Shown here piece after piece: positions 45,898 through 53,571 of a stretch of DNA of 57,654 nt. The position numbers and the translations under genes are program-made. Source of the DNA: a virus (lineage: Duplodnaviria > Caudoviricetes). The stretch covers positions 1 to 57,654 of IMG/VR virus record IMGVR_UViG_3300035661_000074; one strand, written 5' to 3'. The notes beneath the pieces are model-generated. The model saw only the letters and a program-made list of their open reading frames with translations. It was not told the origin of the DNA and made no database searches. The first letter of the stretch is position 1. Every line of letters starts with the position of its first letter.

Positions 45898-46398
45898 ATG
45901 CCCACAGCACAGGAACTGAACGAGAAAACGATCACGCGTCGCTCGAAGGCCGCCAAAGAGCAGGCGGCGCATTTTGACCCGGATGCGCAGGCAAAGCAGA
46001 CGCAAGGACTCTACGCCTGGATGAACGACCAGGCCGACCGCATTGTTGAAATAAAGCGGCAGCGCAAAGAGCTGGCCGAGCAGATCAAGCCACTGACCGC
46101 TGAAGTGAAGATCATCCTCGACGAAGGCGATTCGAGGGGCATTGATCGCAAGGCGATGCACGACATGGTAGCGCTGCGCGAGAAGTCAGACAGTGAACGC
46201 ATTCGCTACGAAGCCAGCCGCCGGCAACTCGCCAAGGCGTTCGGTTTCGAGGACGGCGCGCAGCTCGATTTGTACGCCGCCGAAATGGTCGCCGAGGCCG
46301 CGAATAAAGCTGAGCCGAGTGGCGATTTGAAGGAAGGCCAAGCGGACGCGATTGCCGAGCATCTGGCCAAGCACGGCACGACTGAACAGACGCACTGA
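45898..46398 (+). CDS. GapR/DUF2312-like DNA-binding protein
   Basis: RIVEI..QRKELAE.IK....E...RGID.KAM...VALR.K...ER. Confidence 0.55.
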   Translation: MPTAQELNEKTITRRSKAAKEQAAHFDPDAQAKQTQGLYAWMNDQADRIVEIKRQRKELAEQIKPLTAEVKIILDEGDSRGIDRKAMHDMVALREKSDSERIRYEASRRQLAKAFGFEDGAQLDLYAAEMVAEAANKAEPSGDLKEGQADAIAEHLAKHGTTEQTH

Positions 46399-46655
46399 TG
46401 CCGAAGCGCGCGGCCACAGCGAAGGAGAAGCGCCACCTTGAGCGAGTGGCGAGTCTCCCTTGTGCCTTATGCGGCGCGCGGCCGGTACAAGTGCATCACA
46501 TTCGAACAGGGCAGGGCATGGCTCAACGCGCGCCGCATTGGCTGACGATTCCGCTCTGCCCCCACTGCCACGAAAACAACATCGCCATCATGCGAGCGCA
46601 GAAGACCGACGAGTTGAAGCTGCTCGCCAACACGATTGAGGCCGCATATGGATGA
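46398..46655 (+). CDS. Ref/DUF968-like HNH-type nuclease
   Basis: VASLPCALCG..VQVHHIR.G.G..QRA....IPLCPHCH. Confidence 0.7.
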   Translation: MPKRAATAKEKRHLERVASLPCALCGARPVQVHHIRTGQGMAQRAPHWLTIPLCPHCHENNIAIMRAQKTDELKLLANTIEAAYG

Positions 46656-47043
46656 CAGAAAGTTACTCGATGAACCGCGGTATCTCGAAGACCACCTAAT
46701 TGGCACCGAAGACCCGCTGGTGCACGTCGCGGCTGTAGATGTTCCCGGCTCGGGAGGCGCGCATCACGAATATGTGGTTTACGTCGATACGGCCGGCGGC
46801 GTTCAGGACGTCTATCACTTCGATTTTCAGAACGGACCCATCAAGGAATCCGGCGCGAACGGCATCACCCACGAAGCATTGCTGGCTATCGTCATGGATC
46901 GACTGCGCTGCTTTCAGAAGGGACCGTATTCGTGCAAAGCCAATGCCTGTGCACTGACTCACATCGAGGAAGCGATGCACTGGCTGCAACAGCGAACGAT
47001 TGAGCGGATGCGGCGCGGCGTCGAAGGCACACATCAAGTCTGA
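46648..47043 (+). CDS. tad1: Tad1-family anti-defence nucleotide sponge
   Basis: PGSGGAHHEY...FQNGP...NG...EALLAIVMDRLRCFQKGPYSC..NACALTHIEEA..WL..R...R..RGV.GT matches Tad1 along its whole length. Confidence 0.85.
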   Translation: MDDRKLLDEPRYLEDHLIGTEDPLVHVAAVDVPGSGGAHHEYVVYVDTAGGVQDVYHFDFQNGPIKESGANGITHEALLAIVMDRLRCFQKGPYSCKANACALTHIEEAMHWLQQRTIERMRRGVEGTHQV

Positions 47044-47100
47044 ATAGCGGCGCCAGCCCGCTGAACTGGCAAACAACCATCAACGAAAGGAGATAGAGAC

Positions 47101-47154
47101 ATGGCGAAGAGCAAAGGCTCGAAGTCCAAGCCCAAGCCGAAACCCGGCTGCTGA
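47101..47154 (+). CDS. 17-aa basic micropeptide MAKSKGSKSKPKPKPGC
   Basis: Strong AAGGAG RBS and optimal codons. Confidence 0.5.
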   Translation: MAKSKGSKSKPKPKPGC

Positions 47155-47307
47155 GACGACAAAGTGAAGTACCGCGGGCGCCTGGTGACGGGCGCCTGCT
47201 TCAAAGGAGCAATAGGTGGACAGTCAACTCGAAAAGGCAGCCAAGGGCAGCGGCGGCCTGAAACACATCGTCGACCGCGTGTGGAATGGCGCACAAGGAG
47301 TGGCGCA

Positions 47308-47568
47308 GTGAGCAACGTCCGCGAACTGAACTCGCTCGACGAGAAGCCAGAAATTCCGCGATGGGCTGTGCTGCATTTCAACGGCGCGACCGGAATCACC
47401 GGCGCGATGACCATCTACGCGCCAACAGTGGAGTCCGCCATCGAGAACTGCGGCATTCCCAAAGACCTCATCTATGCGGTCGCGCTGTGGGCGCAGATTG
47501 AGGCCATCGGCGATCAGCTGGCGCAGGTCAAGGTTGAAGTCTCGCTGCATGAGATGAACAAGCACTGA
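47308..47568 (+). CDS. Hypothetical protein
   Basis: AAGGAG RBS, GTG start. Confidence 0.55.
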   Translation: MSNVRELNSLDEKPEIPRWAVLHFNGATGITGAMTIYAPTVESAIENCGIPKDLIYAVALWAQIEAIGDQLAQVKVEVSLHEMNKH

Positions 47569-47765
47569 TGCCAATACCGCAGCTTTCCATGGCGACCAAG
47601 CGGGCGACGACGAATCGCGCGGCGCCGCCGACCGAAGCCTGTACATGCAGGCGCTCGCTCATCGACATCGAGCCGCACAAGACCGGATGGAAAGACCCAG
47701 GCATGCGCTGGGTGCGGCGCTGCGCGTGTGGCATTCCGCATTTCTGTGGTGATTTGAAGGAATGA
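47568..47765 (+). CDS. Small Cys-containing hypothetical protein
   Basis: TGATG coupling with the upstream gene; CTC..CACG. Confidence 0.4.
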   Translation: MPIPQLSMATKRATTNRAAPPTEACTCRRSLIDIEPHKTGWKDPGMRWVRRCACGIPHFCGDLKE

Positions 47766-47766
47766 C

Positions 47767-48096
47767 ATGCCCGATGAAGCGCAGGCCCTGGCGCACGCCC
47801 TGGTTAAGCGGTATCGCGTCCCGTGCATGTTTCGCGTGGCCGAAATCTGCAAGCCGCACGCGCAGACCTACCCGCTGGACTGGGCTGAGCCGCTGGACAA
47901 CGACAACCCGATGGGCGGGCCCGTCATCGTTCGGCAGTGCGCGGTCGGCTGCGCCGCCTGCCTGAAGTGGATGCGTAATCCAAGAATGAGCCCATTCGAG
48001 CGCGCTTGCCGCATTGCGTTCGCCACGCTTGCCACCACCGAGTGGCGCATCGAGCACGGCGACCTGCAGACCAAACTCAGCACCGGAGTGATATGA
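47767..48096 (+). CDS. Hypothetical protein
   Basis: AAGGA RBS; overlaps the Q-like start. Confidence 0.5.
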   Translation: MPDEAQALAHALVKRYRVPCMFRVAEICKPHAQTYPLDWAEPLDNDNPMGGPVIVRQCAVGCAACLKWMRNPRMSPFERACRIAFATLATTEWRIEHGDLQTKLSTGVI

Positions 48097-48467
48097 GCAC
48101 CTTCCGCGCATCCCCGACGGTCGAGCGCGGCCGCGACAGGCTCGACAACTGGGGCAACTGGTCGCGCCTCGACGGTAGCGACACGGGCCTGCCAAGAAAG
48201 TGCAGCTACTACACGCCGCCGCGGGCCGGCGACACCTGGCTTGAAAGCGATGACAAGGACGAGGAATCGCAGCCGGTCATCAATCACCTCGAGGCCGAGT
48301 GGGTCGAGGGTCTGGTGTTGCAGATGCCGGCGCGCCTGCGACTGGCGGTCGTTGAGCGCTACCTGCATCGGCGTGAAATCTTCCAGATTGCCAAGCGCCT
48401 CCACGTAGACCGCGACAAGGCGCGACTCATTCTGGTCGAGGCTGAAGCCTGGGTCGGGCGGCAGTAA
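48093..48467 (+). CDS. Q-like late antiterminator
   Basis: RLDNWGNWSR...EAE.VE..V..MP......V..RYL plus an HTH-like C-terminus; last gene before the tandem terminators and lysis genes. Confidence 0.7.
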   Translation: MSTFRASPTVERGRDRLDNWGNWSRLDGSDTGLPRKCSYYTPPRAGDTWLESDDKDEESQPVINHLEAEWVEGLVLQMPARLRLAVVERYLHRREIFQIAKRLHVDRDKARLILVEAEAWVGRQ

Positions 48468-48538
48468 GCCTTGATCTCGGCCACGAATCGTGCAAAGGTT
48501 CGCCCCACGGGTCATTGCGCACGCCCGGAGAAAAGTAC

Positions 48539-48563
48539 AACCGCCCCTGTGGCGGTTTTTTTT
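48539..48563 (+). terminator. tR'-like terminator 1
   Basis: AACCGCC-cctgt-GGCGG followed by eight T. Confidence 0.75.
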
Positions 48564-48605
48564 CGACTGCGCGAAGCGCCAGCGTCGTGACTTTCCTCTG
48601 TTCGG

Positions 48606-48633
48606 CCCGCCCCAACCCGGCGGGTTTTTCTTT
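48606..48633 (+). terminator. tR'-like terminator 2
   Basis: CCCGCC-ccaaccc-GGCGGG followed by TTTTTCTTTT. Confidence 0.7.
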
Positions 48634-48659
48634 TGGAGCGTCGGGAAGTGACACTTGAA

Positions 48660-49229
48660 ATGCACAGCCGCAGTTCTAATGGAACGCCGCTATTTGCAAA
48701 GTCGTGTCCTGATTGCGGGACTGTTTCCATCGTAGACAAGCGAAAAATCGGCAAGCCGTGCAACCCGTGCTCTGCGATACGTCGTCGAAATCCGGGCCTT
48801 TATACGGATGGAAAGATAGATCCGCTCTATAAACTGTTTTGCCTCATGAAGTCGCGCTGCGAATGCTCGTGTATGGAAAATTTCAAGTATTACGGGGGGC
48901 GAGGCATAAGAATTTGCCCAGAATGGCGCGAAAACCCCGCGCTCTTCATTGAGTGGGCAAGGACTAATGGATGGCAGAAGGGGCTGGAAATTGACCGAAT
49001 TGATTGTGATGGGGACTATTCCCCTGATAACTGCCAGTTCATTACGCACCGCGAGAATTCTCAGAAAACCCGCCGAATAAAGACCACGCCCGACCAGGCG
49101 CGTGAGGCCCGCAGGCTTTTGGCTGGCGGCGCGTCCATCAAAAAGGCGGCTGCTGCTACTGGCGTAACCTACATGGTCGCGTGGCATTTGAAGAACAGCC
49201 CGGACGTATGGTGCAACCATGCTGCCTAG
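48660..49229 (+). CDS. HNH homing endonuclease-like protein
   Basis: MKSRC...YGGRGIRICPEW...GLEIDRID.DGDYSPDNCQF; lower GC; inserted before the endolysin. Confidence 0.8.
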   Translation: MHSRSSNGTPLFAKSCPDCGTVSIVDKRKIGKPCNPCSAIRRRNPGLYTDGKIDPLYKLFCLMKSRCECSCMENFKYYGGRGIRICPEWRENPALFIEWARTNGWQKGLEIDRIDCDGDYSPDNCQFITHRENSQKTRRIKTTPDQAREARRLLAGGASIKKAAAATGVTYMVAWHLKNSPDVWCNHAA

Positions 49230-49695
49230 ATTTTTTCTGCATTCGGCAATTGTGCCCGCGCTTTCAATTCTTCCTGCAGGCATGGATTCATCGTCTGCGC
49301 GGGCTATGTTGGCGGCCATCGCGCACCAGGAAAGCGGAATCAAGTATCGCCGTCAATTTCAAAACGGCCCTGCGCGAAGCTATCTAATGTTTGAGCGTGG
49401 CGGTTTATCTGGGGTTTTGAAGCACCCCAAAACCGGCCCGCTGGCGGCCCAAGTTGTGAATGCCTTGGACTATGGCGATGCGTCGATTGACGTTCTGCAT
49501 GGCGCCTTAGAGCACAACGACATTTTCGCGGCGGCAATGGGACGCCTCTTGCTCTTCACATGCCCGCATTTACTGCCGGATGAAAGCGAACAGGATGAAG
49601 GGTGGCGCCAGTACCAATGGTGTTGGCGCCCCGGCGCACCGAGACCGCTCGACTGGCCAGAATCCTGGGCGATAGCCTGGGCGGCGCTGGATTGA
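49219..49695 (+). CDS. Putative endolysin (lysozyme-like fold)
   Basis: AIAHQES (candidate catalytic Glu), GPARS..FE, Y..CWRPG.P; first gene of the holin/spanin cluster. Confidence 0.6.
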   Translation: MLPRFFLHSAIVPALSILPAGMDSSSARAMLAAIAHQESGIKYRRQFQNGPARSYLMFERGGLSGVLKHPKTGPLAAQVVNALDYGDASIDVLHGALEHNDIFAAAMGRLLLFTCPHLLPDESEQDEGWRQYQWCWRPGAPRPLDWPESWAIAWAALD

Positions 49696-49698
49696 GCG

Positions 49699-49953
49699 AT
49701 GGTAAGTTCCGACCGCTTCATCATGGGCCTGATTGGCCTGCTGGTGCTGGCCGGCTTCTTTGCGTCGATTGGCGCCATGGTGGTGGTCGAAATACCGGCA
49801 TCGAACAAAGAGCCGCTGATGCTGCTGGTCGGCAGTCTCGGCACGATGGCCGGTCTCGTCGTTGGCTATTGGTACGGTTCAAGCCACGGTTCAAGCGTCA
49901 AAACAGACCTCTTGTCGCAATCCCAGACCACTGGGAAGCCAGGCGGTGGGTGA
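49699..49953 (+). CDS. Holin-like two-TM protein
   Basis: Two TM segments; VVGYWYGSS.GS motif. Confidence 0.65.
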   Translation: MVSSDRFIMGLIGLLVLAGFFASIGAMVVVEIPASNKEPLMLLVGSLGTMAGLVVGYWYGSSHGSSVKTDLLSQSQTTGKPGGG

Positions 49954-50281
49954 TGTCGGCTGGCCCGAGGTTATCGGCGCGGGGGTGGCCGTAGTGGGCC
50001 TCGTGGCGACTATCGTTAAGGCGATCGTGAAGCCGCATACCGACAAGATAGCCAACCATGATGAGCGTCTGCACTCGCTGGAAAAGGACACCGCCACCAA
50101 GGGTGACCTGACCGAACACAGCCGGACCATCATCAAGGCGATCGCCGATGGCAATAGCGACATCATCACGCGCATCGGCGCGGTCGACCGCAAGGCTGAC
50201 GAGGCGCACAAACGCATCAACGAGCAGCAGCAGGACGAATTGAATCGCCTGCGGGCTGAAGCGCGGGGGCACGGCGCATGA
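49946..50281 (+). CDS. One-TM coiled-coil lysis-cassette protein (holin/antiholin-like)
   Basis: GTG start; N-terminal TM segment then coiled coil. Confidence 0.55.
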   Translation: MGDVGWPEVIGAGVAVVGLVATIVKAIVKPHTDKIANHDERLHSLEKDTATKGDLTEHSRTIIKAIADGNSDIITRIGAVDRKADEAHKRINEQQQDELNRLRAEARGHGA

Positions 50282-50715
50282 GCCTGCTCGACGCCGCCAT
50301 CCCGCCACAGGTTCGGCTCGCAATTGCCGGCGCGGTGGTGGTGGTCATGCTGGTGCTGGCCGGCGGCTGGTATGTCTGCCATCTGCACAACGTCACGCTC
50401 GCGCACGACCTGACCAGCGAGAAGGCGCGTAACGACGACCTCGCCGCGAAGGTGCTGCAGGCCGATCAGGCGGTGAACGAGGCGAAGGCCATCAATGCAC
50501 GCATGACGCAGGCCATGACCGCACTCAGTGCGGCCAACGCAGCCGCCAAGGCAGAGAACGACAAGATTGAATCTGCCGCCGGTACCGCACTGGCCAAGGT
50601 CGCCGCACAGGATGCCGTGGCGCGCGCCGATGACGTGAAGCGCCGTGCCCGCACTGACCTGCCAAGTCCCGAAGAGATGACCGACGTTTTGCGTGGCATC
50701 TTGGAGGCGATGTGA
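50278..50715 (+). CDS. Rz-like inner-membrane spanin
   Basis: N-terminal TM segment plus Ala-rich coiled coil. Confidence 0.7.
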   Translation: MSLLDAAIPPQVRLAIAGAVVVVMLVLAGGWYVCHLHNVTLAHDLTSEKARNDDLAAKVLQADQAVNEAKAINARMTQAMTALSAANAAAKAENDKIESAAGTALAKVAAQDAVARADDVKRRARTDLPSPEEMTDVLRGILEAM

Positions 50716-51044
50716 GGCCGGTTCCGATGTTCTGGTACGCAACGGTCATCGGCGTGAGCTGCATTGCGGTTGGTCTCGTGGGCTGCGCGCACCAGCCCGA
50801 CCCACAAGCGCCGGTCGTGCTGTCTGACCCCATCACCATGACCTGCCCGCCGGCTGAGACGCGCAAACCGCCGGCTGAGTACATGCGGCCGCTTGGCCTG
50901 GAAGCGCCGACCATCCTCAAGAAGGGCGAGGGCGATTACGGCATCACGCGCCCCGACCTCGAAAAGCTCATCGACGCGCACCGCAGCGCCGCCAAGCGCA
51001 TCAACCAGTGGAAGGCCTGGGCCGACCCGAAGGAGACACCATGA
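50712..51044 (+). CDS. Rz1-like outer-membrane spanin lipoprotein
   Basis: LVGC lipobox; Pro-rich; follows the i-spanin. Confidence 0.7.
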   Translation: MRPVPMFWYATVIGVSCIAVGLVGCAHQPDPQAPVVLSDPITMTCPPAETRKPPAEYMRPLGLEAPTILKKGEGDYGITRPDLEKLIDAHRSAAKRINQWKAWADPKETP

Positions 51045-51409
51045 CCATTTCCGTAACCGTCACTCACGACGAAGCCGGCGCCGAGCGCGCCATCGAAGTG
51101 CGCGTCCAGTCGGTCAATGCTGGCGGTTACAGCGCGCCGTGGACCGAAGTCCTGCCTGGCCAGGCTGCGACGTTCCATGTGGAGCAAGGCGTGGTGCTCG
51201 AGGTTCGCGAGGGCGGTGTGCTGCCGCTGGTGTTGACGGCGGAAGAACTGGCAGTAGTCATTGACGAGCCCGTCGAAGCGCCGCCCGAGCCGGTGGCGAT
51301 GCCCGAGCCGGTTCAGACAGAAGAGTCCGCAGCGGAGACGCTGCCGCCCGACGCCGCGCCGGCTGACAACGTCGTGGAATTGAATCCGGCGCCAAGTACC
51401 GCCGCCTGA
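51041..51409 (+). CDS. Hypothetical protein
   Basis: AAGGAG RBS; acidic, Pro-rich tail. Confidence 0.6.
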   Translation: MTISVTVTHDEAGAERAIEVRVQSVNAGGYSAPWTEVLPGQAATFHVEQGVVLEVREGGVLPLVLTAEELAVVIDEPVEAPPEPVAMPEPVQTEESAAETLPPDAAPADNVVELNPAPSTAA

Positions 51410-51412
51410 CCC

Positions 51413-52042
51413 ATGACCGAGAAGAAGGACCGCCAGCCCATTGACTGGGAGTTGGTAGAGCGCGAGTACCGCGCCGGTATCAAGTCATTGCGTGTTATCG
51501 CCACAGAATGCGGTTGCACTCATGGCGGCATCCGCAAGCGTGCCGAGAGGGAAGGGTGGTCCCGCGACCTCTCCGCCAAAGTTCGCGCCGCAGCGCAAGC
51601 CAAGCTCGCCGCCGAGTTGGTATCCACTGACGCGGTATCCACGTCGGTATCCAAAGCCAACGAGAGAGACATCATCGAGGCCAATGCGGCCGTCCAGGTG
51701 GCCGTGGTTCGTGAGCACCGCAAGGACATCAGTCGTATTCGTGGTCTGGCCGCACGCCTCATGGATGACCTAGAAACCGCTGTTGGTACCCGTGAGACCC
51801 TGGAAGCGTTGATTAAGGAAGCGTGCAAGCCGGCAGACGGCGAAGGCCGATTCGACCAGCGCCGCTACAACGCGATGATGAAGGCTGTCGCGCTACCCGA
51901 GCACGTCACGACGGCTGAATCACTGTCGCGCATGCTCAAGAACATGATCCCGCTTGAGCGCCAGGCATTCAGCATTAACGACAGTGCGGGCGCGCACGAC
52001 GAGCCTTTCGAAGATCGGTTGAAGAGGTTGTTCTACTCTTGA
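51413..52042 (+). CDS. terS: Terminase small subunit
   Basis: DWE.VEREYRAG..SLR.IA...G..HG.IRKRA.REGWSRDL; directly upstream of TerL. Confidence 0.8.
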   Translation: MTEKKDRQPIDWELVEREYRAGIKSLRVIATECGCTHGGIRKRAEREGWSRDLSAKVRAAAQAKLAAELVSTDAVSTSVSKANERDIIEANAAVQVAVVREHRKDISRIRGLAARLMDDLETAVGTRETLEALIKEACKPADGEGRFDQRRYNAMMKAVALPEHVTTAESLSRMLKNMIPLERQAFSINDSAGAHDEPFEDRLKRLFYS

Positions 52043-53571
52043 GTGCTGTTCTGGTTGAGCCGTCAGCCGACAAGATGCTGGCGGAGTTTCGCTCGAACTT
52101 CCCCTTCTACGCGCCGCGCGCGCTGGCCATCCGCACCAAGAGCGGTGCTGTCGAACCATTCCGGCTCAACCGAGCGCAACTCTATCTGCACCAGCGCCTG
52201 GCCGAGCAGGAAGACCGCCTCGGCTTCATTCGTGCACTGGTCCTGAAGGGTCGCCAGCAAGGCGTATCGACCTATGTCCAGGGCCGTTATTACTGGCGGA
52301 CCTCGATGCACCGCGGCAAGCGCGCGTTCATCCTGACGCACGAAGATGCCGCGACCGCCAACCTGTTCGATATGGCGGCGCGCTATCACGAAAACTGCCC
52401 GTCAGCCTTGCGCCCGCATACCGGCGCGTCGAACGCGAAAGAGTTGGTCTTTGACCTGCTAGACAGCGGTTACAAGGTCGCGACCGCCGGCACGAAGAAC
52501 GTCGGTCGATCTGCGACCGCGCAGTTGTTCCACGGCTCTGAGGTCGGTTTCTGGCCGCACGCCAAGGACCATCTTGCCGGCATCGGCCAGACCATCCCAA
52601 CGCTGCCCGGCACAGAAATCATTCTCGAATCGACGGCGAACGGCCCGACCGGCGAGTTCTATTCGATGTGGTCGGACGCTGAGCGCGGTCGATCGGTGTA
52701 TCTGCCGGTGTTCATCCCGTGGTTCTGGCAGGACGAATACTCCGCCGGAACCGAAAGCCTGGACCTCTCTATCGAGGATGCCGAGTACCAAGCCATCTAC
52801 GAACTGACCGATGGCCAAATGGCGTGGCGTCAGCAAAAGGTGCGCGATGATTTTCGTGGCGATGTCTCGCTGTTCAATCAGGAATATCCGGCGACACCGG
52901 CCCTGGCCTTCCTGCGCATTGACGGCTCGACGCTGATAGGCGCGATGGTCGTTGCGGCGGCTAAGCGACCGAGACAGAACATCGAGGCGTTAGGCCCGAA
53001 AATCATTGGCGTCGACCCCGCAGAGTATGGCGATGACGACAGCGCCTGCATCTTCCGGCAAGGCCGTCGCGCGTATGGCTTGCAGCGCTGGCATGGCCTC
53101 GCGCCGATGGAGACCGTCGGAAAAGTGGCGATGGCCATCGACCGCGAAGGCGGCGTTGATGCGGTCTGTGTCGATTCCACCGGCATTGGCTCCGGCATTT
53201 GCGACCGGCTGCGCGAACTGGGATACCCGGTGGTGCGCGTCATGGCCGGCGCGTCCGCCAGCGATGATGAGAAGTACGCGCGCCTCGGCGATGAAATATG
53301 GGGCCGCATGCGTGACTGGCTCGAAGACGCTCCCAGCGAAATACCCGAAAACCCCGTGCTTGAAGGCGACCTCGTCTCGCGCACGTACAGCTATGACAGC
53401 AGTCGGCGCATCAAGCTGACCCCGAAAGAACGACTCAAGGCCGACGGCAAGAAATCACCTGACTGTGGAGATGCACTCGCAATGACATTTGCAGCGACGT
53501 TCGCGGCCGGCTTTGGATCGAAACGCATCGACCATAAGCGGCATCATCGCGGCGGCGGTCGAGTCATCTAA
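52039..53571 (+). CDS. terL: Terminase large subunit
   Basis: LKGRQQGVST, FHGSEVGFW, LESTANG, FNQEYP, IGVDPA..GDD and SPDCGDALAMTFA. Confidence 0.95.
   Translation: MSAVLVEPSADKMLAEFRSNFPFYAPRALAIRTKSGAVEPFRLNRAQLYLHQRLAEQEDRLGFIRALVLKGRQQGVSTYVQGRYYWRTSMHRGKRAFILTHEDAATANLFDMAARYHENCPSALRPHTGASNAKELVFDLLDSGYKVATAGTKNVGRSATAQLFHGSEVGFWPHAKDHLAGIGQTIPTLPGTEIILESTANGPTGEFYSMWSDAERGRSVYLPVFIPWFWQDEYSAGTESLDLSIEDAEYQAIYELTDGQMAWRQQKVRDDFRGDVSLFNQEYPATPALAFLRIDGSTLIGAMVVAAAKRPRQNIEALGPKIIGVDPAEYGDDDSACIFRQGRRAYGLQRWHGLAPMETVGKVAMAIDREGGVDAVCVDSTGIGSGICDRLRELGYPVVRVMAGASASDDEKYARLGDEIWGRMRDWLEDAPSEIPENPVLEGDLVSRTYSYDSSRRIKLTPKERLKADGKKSPDCGDALAMTFAATFAAGFGSKRIDHKRHHRGGGRVI

Noticed and set aside
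48468-48540. Late promoter pR'
   Set aside because: Expected here by synteny, but the candidate -35/-10 pairs have poor consensus or spacing.
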